DNA of 47,869 bases, the filler included, from Jimgerdemannia flammicorona (Eukaryota): assembly GCA_003990765.1 (NCBI GenBank). It is 2 parts of 2 records of this genome, joined end to end, with 100 filler letters (N's around TTAATTAATTAA, not from the genome) between each part and the next. Parts side by side here need not be neighbours in the genome. Positions count along the whole stretch, not along the records: positions 1 to 23,885 come from RBNJ01001048.1; 1 more part is not named here. The stretch is one strand, 5' to 3'. Numbering within the stretch: the stretch's first letter is position 1; every line of letters begins with the position of its first letter. Below are positions 1-12,330 of the stretch, piece by piece. The notes beneath the pieces were generated by a model. The model did no database searches, was not told where the DNA came from, and saw nothing but the letters and a program-made list of their open reading frames with translations. The position numbers were made by a program, and so were the translations under genes.

Positions 1-300
1 CCGGTCCACCACGAGTGCCCAACGGCCAGCCCCCACCCCTCAGCGTGTCCGCAAAGCTCCTCCCCTGCTTCTCCCCAGCCCCCCCTCCAGTGCCACTTCC
101 ACTGCCGGAGCCACCCTGTCCACTCGAACCACCGAAGGACCCCATCCCCAATCCATACCCTCTCCCGACAGTCTGCCAGTCGAAGGCCCCAGGTCCACCC
201 GACCTAGTACGCTTGTCGGCTTGCTTGCTGGTTGACATTGCCTTAGTATCTTTCTCCAATAAAAGCTTCAAAAGTGTGTTGAAAAGTGTGTGTAACGTGA
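1..300 (-). mobile_element. 5' end of an L1/Tx1-type LINE (5'UTR plus start of ORF1, ATG at 238), running off the window edge
   Basis: Minus strand reads MSTSKQADKRTRSGGPGAFDWQTVGRGYGLGMGSFGG...GRSFADTLRG. It is homologous to the decayed LINE 5' ends at ~11975 and ~12340 (gatactaag..atg.caac..gcaagc.gac...tactag), but this copy retains its CpGs. Confidence 0.7.
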
Positions 301-322
301 ATTGTAGTGGAGAGAGCGTCCG

Positions 323-397
323 CACCTTGTCCTTTGCTTCACCTCATCCTTTGCTTCACCTTGTCCTTTGCTTCACCTCGTCCTTCGCTTTGCCTCA
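323..397. repeat. 17-bp tandem repeat (cacctnntcctttgctt), about 4 copies
   Basis: Units read directly from the sequence. Confidence 0.8.
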
Positions 398-524
398 CTT
401 AATTCACCACTATGTTGAGAAAACATGGATATGACTGCCCAGCCAATAAGTATTTACTTGGCCCCCCCCCAAGCTCGACACGCTTCAGCTCGCCATCCCA
501 AAGCTCGGTACCCTAAAGATGCCC

Positions 525-615
525 AGCTTGCCAACATCCAGCCTGCCGAGCTTGCCGACATCCAGCCTGCCAAGCTTGCTGACACCCAGGTTGCCGAGCT
601 CGCCGACTCCTAGCT
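525..615. repeat. 24-bp tandem repeat (cttgccgacatccagcctgccgag), about 4 copies
   Basis: Units read directly; they produce the LADIQPAE repeats in ORF 425..613. Confidence 0.8.
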
Positions 616-785
616 CACTGACCCTCAGCTCCCCGATCTCCAGCTTGACCACCAGCTCGCTACCAGTCTGCAAGCACAAGGTCCCCCACTAGATCCCAAT
701 AACGCAGCTCGAAAAAGTTAGTTTTTTTTTTTTTTTTTTTTTTTAAATCAATTTCTGATTTTTTTCCTAATAACATTCGAAATAT

Positions 786-1712
786 ATATATCCTCCAGCT
801 TCTAAGCCTGGGCCAGAGTGCAAATCTTGCTACAATTGCCATTTTTGCCATCAAGTTTGCCCAAACACTACCTGGAAGCATTGCCAAATCAATTTCCCGG
901 ATGCCCCAAACCTCACAGAAAAAAGGCCTTACAAATTGGACATTAGGCATGCTTTCGCTGCAGCCAACAAATACATTAAGAAAGTACATGATGACCAACT
1001 GAGGCAAGAAGTCATAAGAGCGATAGAAAACCGTGCGAAAATTGTGGAATGTTCGTCATACCACACCGGCTTCAAGGTGAATGCCAAAGCATGGAATAAG
1101 CGAGGTTGTCCAGATGGAATTGTCATCATGGATGAACATGAAAAACTGCTGGCCATATTTGAACGAGTATTGGTAAAGAATGACAAAATGCTTTATATAT
1201 GACTGATGGATGGCAGGCTTGTGCATTTTGTTGAGGGGGGTGGTGGTGGAGGAGATGGAGAGGTGGGAGAGGTCAGTGCCGGTGGAGGAGTCGGTGCTGG
1301 TAGAGAGGTCAGTGGAGAGGTCGGCGTGGGGGTGGTTGGCACAGGGGAGATTGGTGTGGGGGAGGTCGGCACAGGGGAGGTCGGCATGGGGGAGGTCAGC
1401 ATGGGGGAGGTCGGCGCAGAGAAGGTCGGCATGGAGGAACATGGAGAGGTTAGCATGAGGGAGGTCGGCACAGAGGAACATGGGGAGGTCAGTGCGGGGG
1501 AGGTCAGCATGGAGGAATATGGGGAGGTCGGCATGGAGGAACACGGGGAGGTCGGCGTGGAGGACGAAATGGAGGTTGGCATGGAGGAGGTCGGCCCAGA
1601 GGAGGATATGGAGAAGGAGGATATAGAGGAAAGTGGTTTGGAATATATGGAGGAAGATGGTTTGGAATATGAGAAGGAGAAGGATCAGTTGGTTTATAGT
1701 GATGAAGAGTAA
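786..1712 (+). pseudogene. Degraded ORF of unknown function with a Cys/His-rich N-terminus and an acidic GEV/MEE repeat tail
   Basis: ORFs 936..1202 and 1206..1712 share a frame and are separated by one TGA (possibly CGA>TGA). The frame extends upstream to ATA at 786 (possibly a mutated ATG) and reads PPASKPGPECKSCYNCHFCHQVCPNTTWKHC. Confidence 0.5.
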
Positions 1713-1879
1713 GATCTGTTCATACTGGTAAGTTCTTTATTTTCCTGATTTACTTCCTATTTATTTCTGATTTCATTTTGATTTCTGATTCCTAATTATG
1801 TTTCTGTTTGTTTATTCTAAATATATATCTTAGATGTGCAATATATTTTTTTTAGTGCCTTGTAGCTTAAAGGCGGATT

Positions 1880-2284
1880 AAAGATGGGTCTGTGTCAAGT
1901 TAAATATAGGTCAGGGTCGGGTCACATATATTTCTTGGGTTGGGTCACATATATTTCTCGGGTCAGGTCACGTATATTTCTTGGGTCGGGTCACGTATAT
2001 TTCTCGGGTTGGGTTAAAGATGGGTTGTGTATAATTCCGGGTCAGGTTAAAGACAGGTGACATACATTTCCAGGTTGGGTTAAAGATGGGTGACATATAA
2101 TTTTGGGTCAGGTTAAAGATGGGTGACATATTATTCCAGATTGGGTTAAAGATGGGTGATATATTATTCCAGGTCGGGTTAAAGATGGGTGACATATAAT
2201 TCCGGGTCGGGTTAAAGATGGGTGACGTATAATTCTGGGTCGGGTTAAATATGTACATGGGTCAGCTTGGGTTGCGATGCACTA
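1880..2284 (-). mobile_element. Probable terminus of a hAT-like DNA transposon with subterminal repeats (23-bp x ~4, 33-bp x ~7, GGGTCGGGT core)
   Basis: Tandem units gggtcacatatatttcttgggtt and gggttaaagatgggtgacatataattccgggtc. The array ends at ...GCGATGCACTA (reverse complement TAGTGCATCGCAACCC), exactly where the gypsy RT is cut off. No partner TIR or TSD was found. Confidence 0.5.
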
Positions 2285-5200
2285 CTTGTCTGAGGTGGGT
2301 GTAGTATAGCTCTACTGTTTCGCTATAGATTAGTATATCATCAATATATATAAGGATACAAATATTGAGGAGTGGTCCAAAGATATCATTCATCAGATAC
2401 TAGAATATTGCTGGCATATTAGTCAAACCAAAAGGCATGACTCAGAACTAGTAGTATCTAAACTGTATTTGGAAAGCTTTCTTCTCAATGTCCTTCTCAT
2501 CAATGAGAATCTGGTGGTAGCCATTTTGCAAGTCTAGTAGAGAAAAGGTCTTGGCCTTGAAGATTTGATGCAGTAGCTCATCAATCCTAGGTAAGGTATA
2601 CTGGTTCTTGATGGTGATCTTATTGAGGGCTCTGTAATCAATACACATTTGTAGAGAGCCATCCTTCTTCTTGACAAATAGAATGGGGGTTCTAAATGGA
2701 GAGCAGCTGGGTTCAATATATCCTTGGGCCAGTAGTTTGATCAATTCATCCTTGAGGGTCTTGAGCTCAGGTTGGGCCAGTTGATAGATACTCTTATATA
2801 GAGGTTCAGATTCTGGAATAAGATCAATTCTATATTGGATTTGGTACTTGGGTGGAAGTCCTTGGGGGTCTTGGAATATATCTTGGAATTCTTCAAACAG
2901 TTCTTGAGCTTCTGTTGGGATTGGGCTACTTGTAGCTTCAGTGACTTCTTATACTATATAGATGAAGTAGGTGTTTTCCTTTTTTTGAGAGAGTCTCTTC
3001 ATTTGAATAGCAGAGATGATTTCGATTCCTTGGTAGTTGGTACCTTTCTGGGGTGTCAGGGTGATCTTTCTGCCTTTATGGGTCAGGTTAACCTCATTGG
3101 TTCTCCAGTTGATGTCTGGGTTGTGCTGGGTCAACCAGGCTTTTCCTAGGATAATGTCTTGTCCAGAGAAGTCTACAATGCTAAAGTCCAACTTCTCTTG
3201 ATATTTGCCAATCTTGAGCAAGAGATCTTTGCAGATCTTGATCAGTAATACAGTTTTACTATCACCAAAGATAACACTTCTTTTCTCAGTGGCTGGTCTG
3301 CTTTAGGCTCCAATCCTCTTGGCAGTCTTGGTGCTGATATAGTTTCCAGTAGTACTACTATCAAGCAAGATATTGACATTCTATCTGTGGACTTAGCCTG
3401 TGAACTTGATGCAACTGTCCTCCTTCTTGATGGTATTGAGCTCTTCATTCTCATTATTGTCTCAATTGCTATCAGTTTCCTCAAGGTCAGTTTCTCCCCA
3501 TCTTTCATAAGAAGGGTTGTCTTGTTTGGGTTCCTCAGTCTGTTGGGCTCAACACTTCTTGGATCGAATTTTGAAAACTTTGGAGAGGCATGCATGTCAT
3601 TCACCAATATGTTCTATGCAGTACATTCAAATAGAATGAGGGCATTGTCCATATGGTGCATAACCATCTGTAATTCTCTTATACTAGTTTTCATCATCTT
3701 CCTTCATAGTAGTGACCTTTTGACTGGGAGGTTTGTTGATTGATCAAAACCCTTTCTTGCCATAGTCTGTCTGTGGGAGCTCAGGGACTTCTTCAATGGT
3801 GAGATCTTGACAGATTTCTTTAATAATTGCTTGGGCAATTCTTTGGCCTACTTTGACTTCAAATGATGTATCTCCAAAATTTTACAAGATAACACAGATT
3901 TCACTAATAAAACCTTGGTCAACCACTCCTCCTCTTAGCCCAATGTTGAACTCTTTGGCTAGGCTGCTTCACTCAGCAAGGCAGATATATGTATCTTTGA
4001 GAGCTTGCATTACAATTCCTGTTCGCACTATAGCATTGGTACTTGGTGGAATAGTGAAGTCTTAGCTACTATAGAGGTCATATCCAGTATCAGTTAGGTG
4101 GGCCTTAGTGAGGATGGTGGCTTTGTACCATATCTTCTGTACTTTAATGATATTCTTGGGGTTCTTCTTTCCTAGACCTTCTCTAATGACAGTAATGTTC
4201 TGGTTACTGGGTTTGTCTGATCTGTTTCTCTTTTTGGGGCATTTGAATGAGATATGTTCTGCCTTCTTACAGGTGAAGCACAATTCCTTTTTGCAGAGTT
4301 GCTTCTTTTCATCCTCAGTGGGAGATCTAGGTCCTCTGGAGTTTCACTGGTTCCTTTGATCACTTCTTTACTTATTTCTCTAGTCATTCCTTCTGGTAAG
4401 ATTCCTCCTATCTTGGTTATCCTTCTTGTATTCTTGATTTCATGGGGCTTGTACAGCAAGGATTTCATGGGCTCTTCTTTATACTTGGGCAAAGTACCAT
4501 AAGTAGTGGGGATATCCTTGGAGAAGACCTTGTTCCTTGATCTTCTGGGTGAGCCAGTCTGGTAGAGCTGCAAAAAGATGGTTAGCTCTGGTACCATTGA
4601 TAGCCAAATTATTCTTCTGGTAGATAAGTCCAACAGTTTTGAGATAGGCATCCATTCTGGTAGCAAAGGTCTCTAGATTCTCCTCATCATTCTTGTGGAA
4701 CTTCATCTGAGATAGTTTGTTCCAAGTTTCTTATATGTAGACCACATTTTGGAAATTTAGTCAGTAGTATGGCCTTGAGTCCTAGGCCTGCTTCATAGTC
4801 ACCCCAACCTGGTCTATTGTTGGTAGGTACTTATCTATTAACTTGAGGGCAGTCTTCTCAGGTTACTGAGTGTTATTCTAAGGTTTGCCAGAATTTGGCT
4901 GCTGTTCCAGTGAAGAATGTGACTACTGTTTCCACTTATACTGCTGATATAGCAAACAGCTGTTGAAAGGTGTTATTCTGATTGTTGGTAAGCATTCTGA
5001 TAGGTATGTACTTGGTTATCATTCCATTGGTTTGCTCAGTAGCCTGTATCAACTGCATTGATGAAGTTTTTGATGTCACTGTTTTTTCTACTGAATGTTG
5101 GGATTTACAAGGTCTTGGTTGGTTTGTTCTATTCAGCAATCTGTTCTACTATTCCTGCTAGTACTGCTAGCTGGGTAGTCAGTGCTACAATGTTGGAATC

Positions 5201-6080
5201 TACCATTGTGTTAACTATTGGTAGTGGGCCTATTGGAGTAGATTCTCCTGAAGATTGTTCTGCTTGGTGGGGTTGTAGTGCTGTATGACTTGGGGTTACT
5301 TGATTTCTGAATATCAGGTCAAAGAGTCCTATGAGAGAGGGTAAATCAAACTTCTATATAGGTGGCTGGATTGATTCTGAGGTCTGATCTTCTTGACCTG
5401 TGGTTCCTTGGTAAATTCCTAGGTCTGCTGTTCCTAGTTGGCTATTGTCAGACTGGTAACCTGTAGAGTCTTCATCTGACTCCCTTCCCTGATGAGATAG
5501 TATGTCCTCATACTGGCTAGGTCCTTTAAAGAGGATATCAGTCTCTGACTGAGTAGATGGGCCTGCTTCTTGTTCAGCAGTAGGGGATTGGTGACCTGCT
5601 TACTCGTTCTTGTACCTGGTTATGGCAGAGGCATAGTATACAAGCCTATAGTAGAGGGAGGTCTTGGTAGGGGTATGATGATATCTGTCAGAGGCAATCC
5701 ACTTGGTAGCTGCTTCTCTTGCAGCAGGGGGTATGATATAATCTAGAAAATCCTGAGTAACTGCAGCAGTAGATTCTGGGGTCCTAGTGATTCCAATGTA
5801 TCCTCAGAGAAGTTTATAGAACCTATGGCAGCTAACTATATTCCCAAGTCCTGGGTAGTAAGTCCTAAAGGCCTGGTATAGATCCTTATAAGCCTGGTCA
5901 ATTACAAGCTAGTGGGTCTCTGGATCTATAGTTTTCTGGTACCACCTAGTCCTAATGGCAAGAACTTCTCTGGCTCTGGTTTGGGGATCTACAGTTAGTT
6001 CTGAGAGTTACTCCTATCCAAGGTTGGTCTTGTTCCAACTTCTCAGAAGTATGTTCTTAGTGTCTTCTTTACTGGTAATC

Positions 6081-6092
6081 TGCTGCTACCAA
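6081..6092 (-). promoter_or_regulatory. Putative primer-binding site (TGGTAGCAGCA), initiator tRNA-Met-like
   Basis: Follows the LTR end ...TTACA after a 3-nt spacer. TGGTAGC is the usual complement of the tRNAi-Met 3' end. A decayed equivalent (ttgatagcagcag) lies at ~20572. Confidence 0.55.
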
Positions 6093-6094
6093 GT

Positions 6095-6887
6095 TGTAAT
6101 AACTCTCACTTCTACCCCTCTCTTATCCTTAGGATAATTAGAGAAGTAAGACTATTACTTAGAAACTTAGTACACAATGTGTACCAAGAAGCCTTCAGTT
6201 TGAGGAAGTGCTTGCTTAAAAGTAGTTGTAGTGGCAGTGCCTTCTATTTTAAAGGTCTTTCTCTAGTTTGCCCTATCTTTCAAGAATCTTGTTCTTTGCT
6301 GTGTACAGACTGAATTCACCTTAGAATTCAGGTTCAATTGGGTTTACTAAAGTCTTTGGAGATTTATATACTAGTCTCAGTTCTAGCAGAAGTTAGCTAG
6401 GCTTCTGGAGTTTAGTCAGAAACACTAGAGTCACTTAGGTGTCATTACTAAGACTCAGGAAAATGTGTGTGTGTGGGGGGGACTTGATTCTTGTATCAAG
6501 GACTGAACTAAAACTACTTTATTTTAGATAGAAACTGGGGGGTATTTATACAAGTTGGTCTGTGATTTCTGACTAAGTATGAGTAACTAATTTGATAACT
6601 ATAATGAGGTTTGTGATCATGACCTTTTGTCAGATGATTTTTGATAAAAACAACTTTATAATCAGGACCTCAATTACTAGGTAATAATCAGTTACTGTGG
6701 TAACAGTTGCTGTAGTGCCGGTTGTCAGGGATAAACTAGATATCATTTTCACATCATTTTCTATATCATTTGTTTGTTTGTCATTCATTATTCATATGTT
6801 GTGCTTGATCATATGATGACATCATCACCAGGTCATGTGATTACTTATCACATCTTATCTGTTTGCTTGCTCATTCATTCTATTATA
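6095..6887 (-). repeat. 5' LTR of gypsy copy 1 (~793 bp)
   Basis: Termini tgtaata...tattata (CA mutated to TA). Colinear with 9767-10528 and with the reverse complement of 19820-20569. Confidence 0.88.
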
Positions 6888-9766
6888 GCTTGTATATACC
6901 TCCAAGACCATATACACTTATTTGTTATACTCTTCAGTCTTTAATAAAAGCCTCTCTCTGAACTTTCTATATGATTATATCATCATCGAATAGACTGTCC
7001 TGCTGGTGATCTTTCAATAGTGCCTTATGGCTATCTGGCTACTATTGAAAGAAAGAATAATAATGATATCAAAGATATGAATGAGCTAGAGCACAGTCTT
7101 ACGGTAGCACTCATCAATGAGATTATAGATCCACTGCTACATATAAGTCTGGGTATAGTGTATGGAATTGTACTTTTGAGAGAGAGCTTTAGTAGTCTAA
7201 GAGATGAGATCATTGAGAGTGAGATAGAGGCAAATAAATCTTTGTATATTCTTTGTATCTATCTTACCACAATTATAGGTGGAAGAGTACTATATTAGAA
7301 ATATATAGATATCTAGATCTAAAGAACAGATTTCAGAATCCTCTACTTAGTTCTCAAGAGGGACCACTCTATCCTTCTCATAGATCTAGATAAAGATCCA
7401 CTGCCTCTGCTGTCAGTCCCACATTAGCTTTGAATCATTATTGACCTATCCTTCTAGGTTTGGCCAGTCATATTTCTTCTTATAGTGCTCATAATAGAGA
7501 GATGGATATGTGCTCAGATCCTTGTGACAAGAATACAAAGAGTCATTGATAGTGAGGGCATGTATATGAAAGATGTGAGGATAGAACTTAAGATGCTCTT
7601 GACAGTTTTGCTAATATATTATGATTATTTGATATAGCTCTTTATAATGGTGAAATGAGAGTTAATATTGATATTACTATCCCAATTCTTATGTCTCCTG
7701 ATTCCTCTGCTAAATGAGATCATGTACTTAGATTGCTTTCTTTATTACCTCATTGAGTACATTATATAGAACTTCAACCATGAAAGCCTATATACTATTA
7801 TTGATCTACTAATATAGCAGAGTGTAGAAATATATAAAGATAGTATAGTGATCTTCACTTTAAGATACTAGGATGATCATATTATATATAAATCTAGCAT
7901 ATCTCATCTATCTCTTCATCAGCTCCTTCTGCTTCACATTCAAATAGATCTGTATCTTTAGACTTCTCATTATTTCTTCCATCTTTTGCTTCTTTCGAGC
8001 ATAAGCAAGTCTTGTCCCTACCTTATACTTCTGCTTCTCTTTATCATCTTCAGTTTTCTGCTAAACATCATTGTCATCCTTATATGAAGATACCCTGAGT
8101 AAGTTCATTGATAACAGATGTAGAAGATAATATATCATCCTTTTAGTATACTATGATAATCTTAGTATTATTGATAAAGTAACAGAGTTGGTCTTAGTGA
8201 GCAACTACAATCTATCAAATCAAGAGTGATGTCAATATAATATTTATAGCTAAATAAAAATGTCAACAATAGAATAACATTATGAAGCATCATCTATATG
8301 ACTATTTCTTGACATGAGAGTACCAGTAAGGCTCTAAGGATAGATCTCTTCTACTGGTTTGAGCTGAAGACTCACTCATAACTAAGAATAAAAAGTGATG
8401 CATAAGCATATAAATAAAATACTTATTTTTTTATAAGCAATTAATTAGATTAGTAATATCATATTCAATATTTCATATATGTCAAGAAATTAAAAAATAA
8501 CAGTAACCTTCTATATATATTGAAACTTTAGAAGTACCAGCTACCTGATATAGAGTTTACAGTATTTTGTTATAGAAGTCCTATAGTCTGTCAATTAATA
8601 CCTTCTTTGTGCTACCAACTATTAGGCTGAGCTTTTTATATTTTGTCTTTAGTTTGGGAACCTTAAACTTGACATAGTCAATTATTTCAAAGTTGCTGAT
8701 ACAGATACAGTACAGTCAATTTTCAAAGATGCAAGAATAAAATATTATTTAAACAAGAGATAAAGAAAAATAGCAGGTAAAATATATAAATAAATTAAAC
8801 AAGACTTATAAAAATATATAAAAATGCTAAAAGGCAAGCAAGTATATGAAAAATAGCAAGCCTGATTACTTCTTTAACTAGGCTACAGTTGGAGGTTGAG
8901 GTGGAGATAGAGATGGAGATTGAAGTTAAGATAGAGGTAGAGATAGAGGTAGAGGTGGAGGTTGAGGTTGAGATGGAGATTGAGATTGAGGTTGAGGTAG
9001 AGGTTGAGATAGAGGTAGAGGTAGAGGTAGAGGTAGAGGTAGAGGTAGAGGTAAAGGTAGAGCTAGAGATAGAGCTAGAGCTGAAGCTGGAGCTGGAACT
9101 AGATTGTGAGAGGATATTATAATCATAAAGACCTTATCAGTAGATAGGTCCATAGAAGGGAAGAGTTGAGGAAAAGAGTTATTCTTGAGATCCACTATTG
9201 TGTTAGGATGCTGGTCTTAGGAAATATAGTAAATTTGCATAGAGCTCATAATTGTATCACTGATTTACATAATCTCAAATATGTTATTTTCTCTATTTTA
9301 ATTATTCATATTGAAACTGCTTAATAATTCATGACTGATATTGACTAATGATCTCTCTTGGCTAATGTATATGTATATAGTATATAAAAGAATTTTAATA
9401 GCAAAGTGGTGAGGGAATAGAAGAGGAGTTGGATACTGTCAAAACAACTACTTAAGCAGTCTGATACTGTCAGCTAGTTATGGAGACTTCTCTGGTGGGC
9501 TCTATCTTAAGTCTGTATGAAGGCTAGAGACAACATCTCTATATCAAGAATATTCATTTGTAGCCCCCAATGACCCACTTTGCTATTTATAGATTCAGGT
9601 CTATTGTTGATATTTATTTTATTATATAGTATCAAGCTCAGAGAGAAGAAGTGAAATTGTTCTAGAGGGAAGTTGATACTGAGATAATTATATAAGAAAA
9701 TGAGCTTTTGAAGGGGAAGTTTGAGTAGACTATTGTATGTATTCTTTACTGATATTATATCAGGAC
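6888..9766. other. Very AT/TpA-rich, heavily mutated repeat-like DNA of unidentified origin
   Basis: Almost no CpG, abundant TpA, no credible ORF, and flanked by LTRs. Confidence 0.45.
8890..9100. repeat. Degenerate hexamer tandem repeat (GAGGTA/GAGATA/GAGCTA)
   Basis: Seen directly; it explains the spurious VEVEVE and PLPLPL ORFs. Confidence 0.9.
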
Positions 9767-10528
9767 TGTAATAACTCTTACTTCTACCCCTCTCTTATCC
9801 TTTGGATAATTAGGAAAGTAAGACTATTACTTAGAGACTTAGTATACAATATGTACTAAGAAGCCTTTAGTTTGAGAAAGTACTCACTTATAAGTAGTTA
9901 TAGTAGCAGTGCCTTCTGTTTCAAAGGGTTTTCTCTAGTTTACCCTATCTTTCAAGAGTCTTGTTCTTTGCTGTGCACAGACTGAATTTACCTTGGAATT
10001 TAGATTTAATGGATTTACTTAAGTCTTTAGGGATTTATATACTAGTCTCAGTTCTGGCAGAAGTTAGCTAGGCTTCTGGAGTTTAGTCAGAAACATTAGA
10101 GTCACTTAGATGGTATTATTAAGACTCAGGAGAATATGTATGTGTGGGGGGGATTTGATTCTTGTATTAAGGACTAAACTAAAATTACTTTATTTCAGAT
10201 GGAAACTGGGGGGTATTTATACAAGTTAGTCCATGATTTCTGACTAAGTATGAGTGACTAATTTAGTAACTATGGTGAGGTTTGTAATCATAATATCTAT
10301 TGCTAGGCAATGATCAGTATTGCTGTGGCACTGGTTGCTGTCGTGCTAGTTGCTGTAGTGCTAATTATTGGGGATAAGCTGGATATTATTTATTTACATT
10401 GTTCACATCATTTATTATGTTACATTTATCATTCATATTATCATATATCATGCTCGATCATATGATGATGTCATCACCAGGTCACATGATCACTCATCAC
10501 ATCTTATCTGTTTGCTCATTCTATTACA
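9767..10528 (-). repeat. 3' LTR of a further gypsy copy (~762 bp)
   Basis: Perfect TGTAATA...TATTACA termini and homology to the other two LTRs. It has no TSD but abuts a polypurine tract. Confidence 0.88.
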
Positions 10529-10541
10529 TCCTTCTCTCCTT
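10529..10541 (-). promoter_or_regulatory. Polypurine tract AAGGAGAGAAGGA
   Basis: 13 purines immediately upstream of the LTR's TG on the minus strand. Confidence 0.75.
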
Positions 10542-10563
10542 AGAAATCAGCATTCTTGTTGAT

Positions 10564-11360
10564 TCAGAAATTGAGAACCAGGAGAGAGAAAGGTAGAGAG
10601 TCTTTCTCAGTATTATTACTATTTTCTTCAGTGGTAGGGGGGGTGGTTACTGATGGCTCACTGTCCAGGATGGAGAAGTTAATGAGGTCTGCAAATGGTT
10701 CTTGCATTGGTATGGATGCTGGTATAGGGATTCTCCATCTGATGTGATTGGGGTCATCCAAGTAGGGTTCTTGATCCTCATACATATCTGGAAATATCTA
10801 TTCAAATAGGCAGTCCTTCAAAGAGGTCAGAGAGGCCTTGTAGCCATTGGTCTGGGTTATTATTCAGGAGAGGGCTCCAGTGGGGCTTGATGTTAGTAGA
10901 CTTGAGGACAATCCAGAAGTTGGCTTCTTGGGCAACCTTGATCTCTAGAGTATCAATCTTAGGGAAGAAAGTTCTTCAGTTATATGTAGTTGAGATTGGA
11001 GATCACAAAGGGTATAAAGTATATGATTTGATGGATCTTCTTGGCAAGTCTCTGCTTGTGCCTGTCCAGGTGGGTCTAGTCAGAGACCTGATCAGTGGAT
11101 AGGCTATTTGTATGTTGCAGAAGCTGGTGTCCAATTTCATATTCATGCCAGATTTCTAGGCAGCTGGTAGCAAGATAGGCCCTTTCAATGAGTTCATAGT
11201 GATCAAGAACATACTGTCCTAGGTCTGGGCTAGAGAGGTTAAGAGTCTCAGAGTGACAGTTCCTTCTTTGGATAGCAACCTGAATATATCCAAAGAGATG
11301 GTCAATCTGGCTTGGAAGGGGCTGGCTATGGTGGATAGTTTGGCAGTAAATAGTAGGCAT
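10564..11360 (-). pseudogene. Degraded extra ORF in the 3' internal region of the gypsy element, function unknown
   Basis: ORFs 11076..11360 and 10564..10785 look like the two ends of one broken frame of roughly 265 codons. It has an ATG with TATAAAG about 20 nt upstream and a stop about 20 nt before the PPT. Confidence 0.45.
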
Positions 11361-11959
11361 TCTTGTCTTATCTTTTCTTTATAAAGAGAGGGGGATATGT
11401 AAGAGTTACAGAATATTCCTGCTTTGGATATTTATACTTATTCATCTATCTAGTATAACTTTCTTTTAGTCATACTTTCCAGCAATATGTATAATCTGTT
11501 GCTGTAAGTGAGACATATGTTGGTCACATGAGAAGATCCTGATTTCAAAGATATCATCACCTATAGTTGTGGTTAACAGGTCTTGGTCCTTTTTTTTTTT
11601 GTCTAGTTGGTATATTTGTGAGGACTGGCCATCCTTATCTAGGGTGAGGGCTCACATTATCACAGCTAGGGGTTCAAATCTCTCAGAAATAGACTTTCTT
11701 GTAATCTAAGGCAATCCCTAGTAACAATATCTATCACATAAATGGGCTTAAATTGGTTTTGACATCATCAGCTTTTCTAAGTTCCATATGAAGCATCTAT
11801 CATCATCCAGCAGAGATGATATAGATGATGTGAAATAGAGTTGTTTAAATACATTTTGCTGTACTATACTAGATTATTCTTTGCCTGAGTGTCTTCTTAT
11901 TAGTTAACTATGATATTCCTTTTCTTGCAATATTAGGTATTATATGTTTTGGATAAAGT

Positions 11960-12330
11960 ATGTAGATCCTATATAGTTTTTGGAGAAAAGATACTAGTAT
12001 CATAGTGACTGACAAGTATTCTGAGGTATATACTAGGTAGGGTGGCCCTGGTGTATTTAACTGGCAGTATATAGAGAGAGGCCCCAGCTTGGGGGGAAGC
12101 ATGAGGGGCCTGCTGATGGGAGGACATAGTAGGGAAGAGGGCAGTGCTGGTGGACAGGGGACTGGGAGGGTGAGCTTCACAGACAAGGTAAAGGGGGGTC
12201 AGTAGGGAGCTAGACTAGAGGGTTGGCTGAGGAGAGACAAGGAGATGGTAAAGACTGCAGGGCAGCAACATAGGGAAGAGTACCTCTGGAGGGTCAGAGT
12301 AGTGGAGCTAGTGATATAGCAGCTGAGAGA
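11960..12330 (+). mobile_element. Old LINE 5' fragment (start of ORF1)
   Basis: ggagaaaagatactag...tactaggtagggtggccctggtgtatttaactggcag matches the LINE start at 1-300 and at 12340. Confidence 0.6.

Larger units (their letters stand above)
2285..6887 (-). mobile_element. Ty3/gypsy LTR retrotransposon copy 1 (5' LTR, gag, dUTPase, protease, RT truncated just after YIDD), degenerate
   Basis: Zinc knuckle CFTCKKAEHISFKC (~4240-4283). dUTPase motifs GYDLYS, GGVVD, RIAQ (~3735-4150). Protease LLDSSTTGNYIS (~3335-3370). RT motifs PILFVKKKDGSLQMCIDYRALNKIT, LPRIDELL, LDLQNGYHQI, MPFGLTN and YIDD (2337-2348). Many in-frame stops. Confidence 0.93.

Noticed and set aside
1919..2250. Regular 23/33-bp repeats resembling a CRISPR array
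   Set aside because: The units are head-to-tail with no unique spacers, there are no cas genes, and the context is eukaryotic.
305..2284. TAGTG at 305 as the left TIR matching the terminus at 2284
   Set aside because: Only 5 bp match and the flanking 8-mers (gtgaattg / cttgtctg) are not a duplication.
8889..9195. VE-repeat and PL-repeat ORFs
   Set aside because: These are translations of a hexamer tandem repeat.
6095..10528. Two direct LTRs as the ends of one element, or 9767-10528 as a solo LTR
   Set aside because: The PBS and PPT lie outside the pair, so they are the 5' LTR of one copy and the 3' LTR of another. There is no TSD around 9767-10528.
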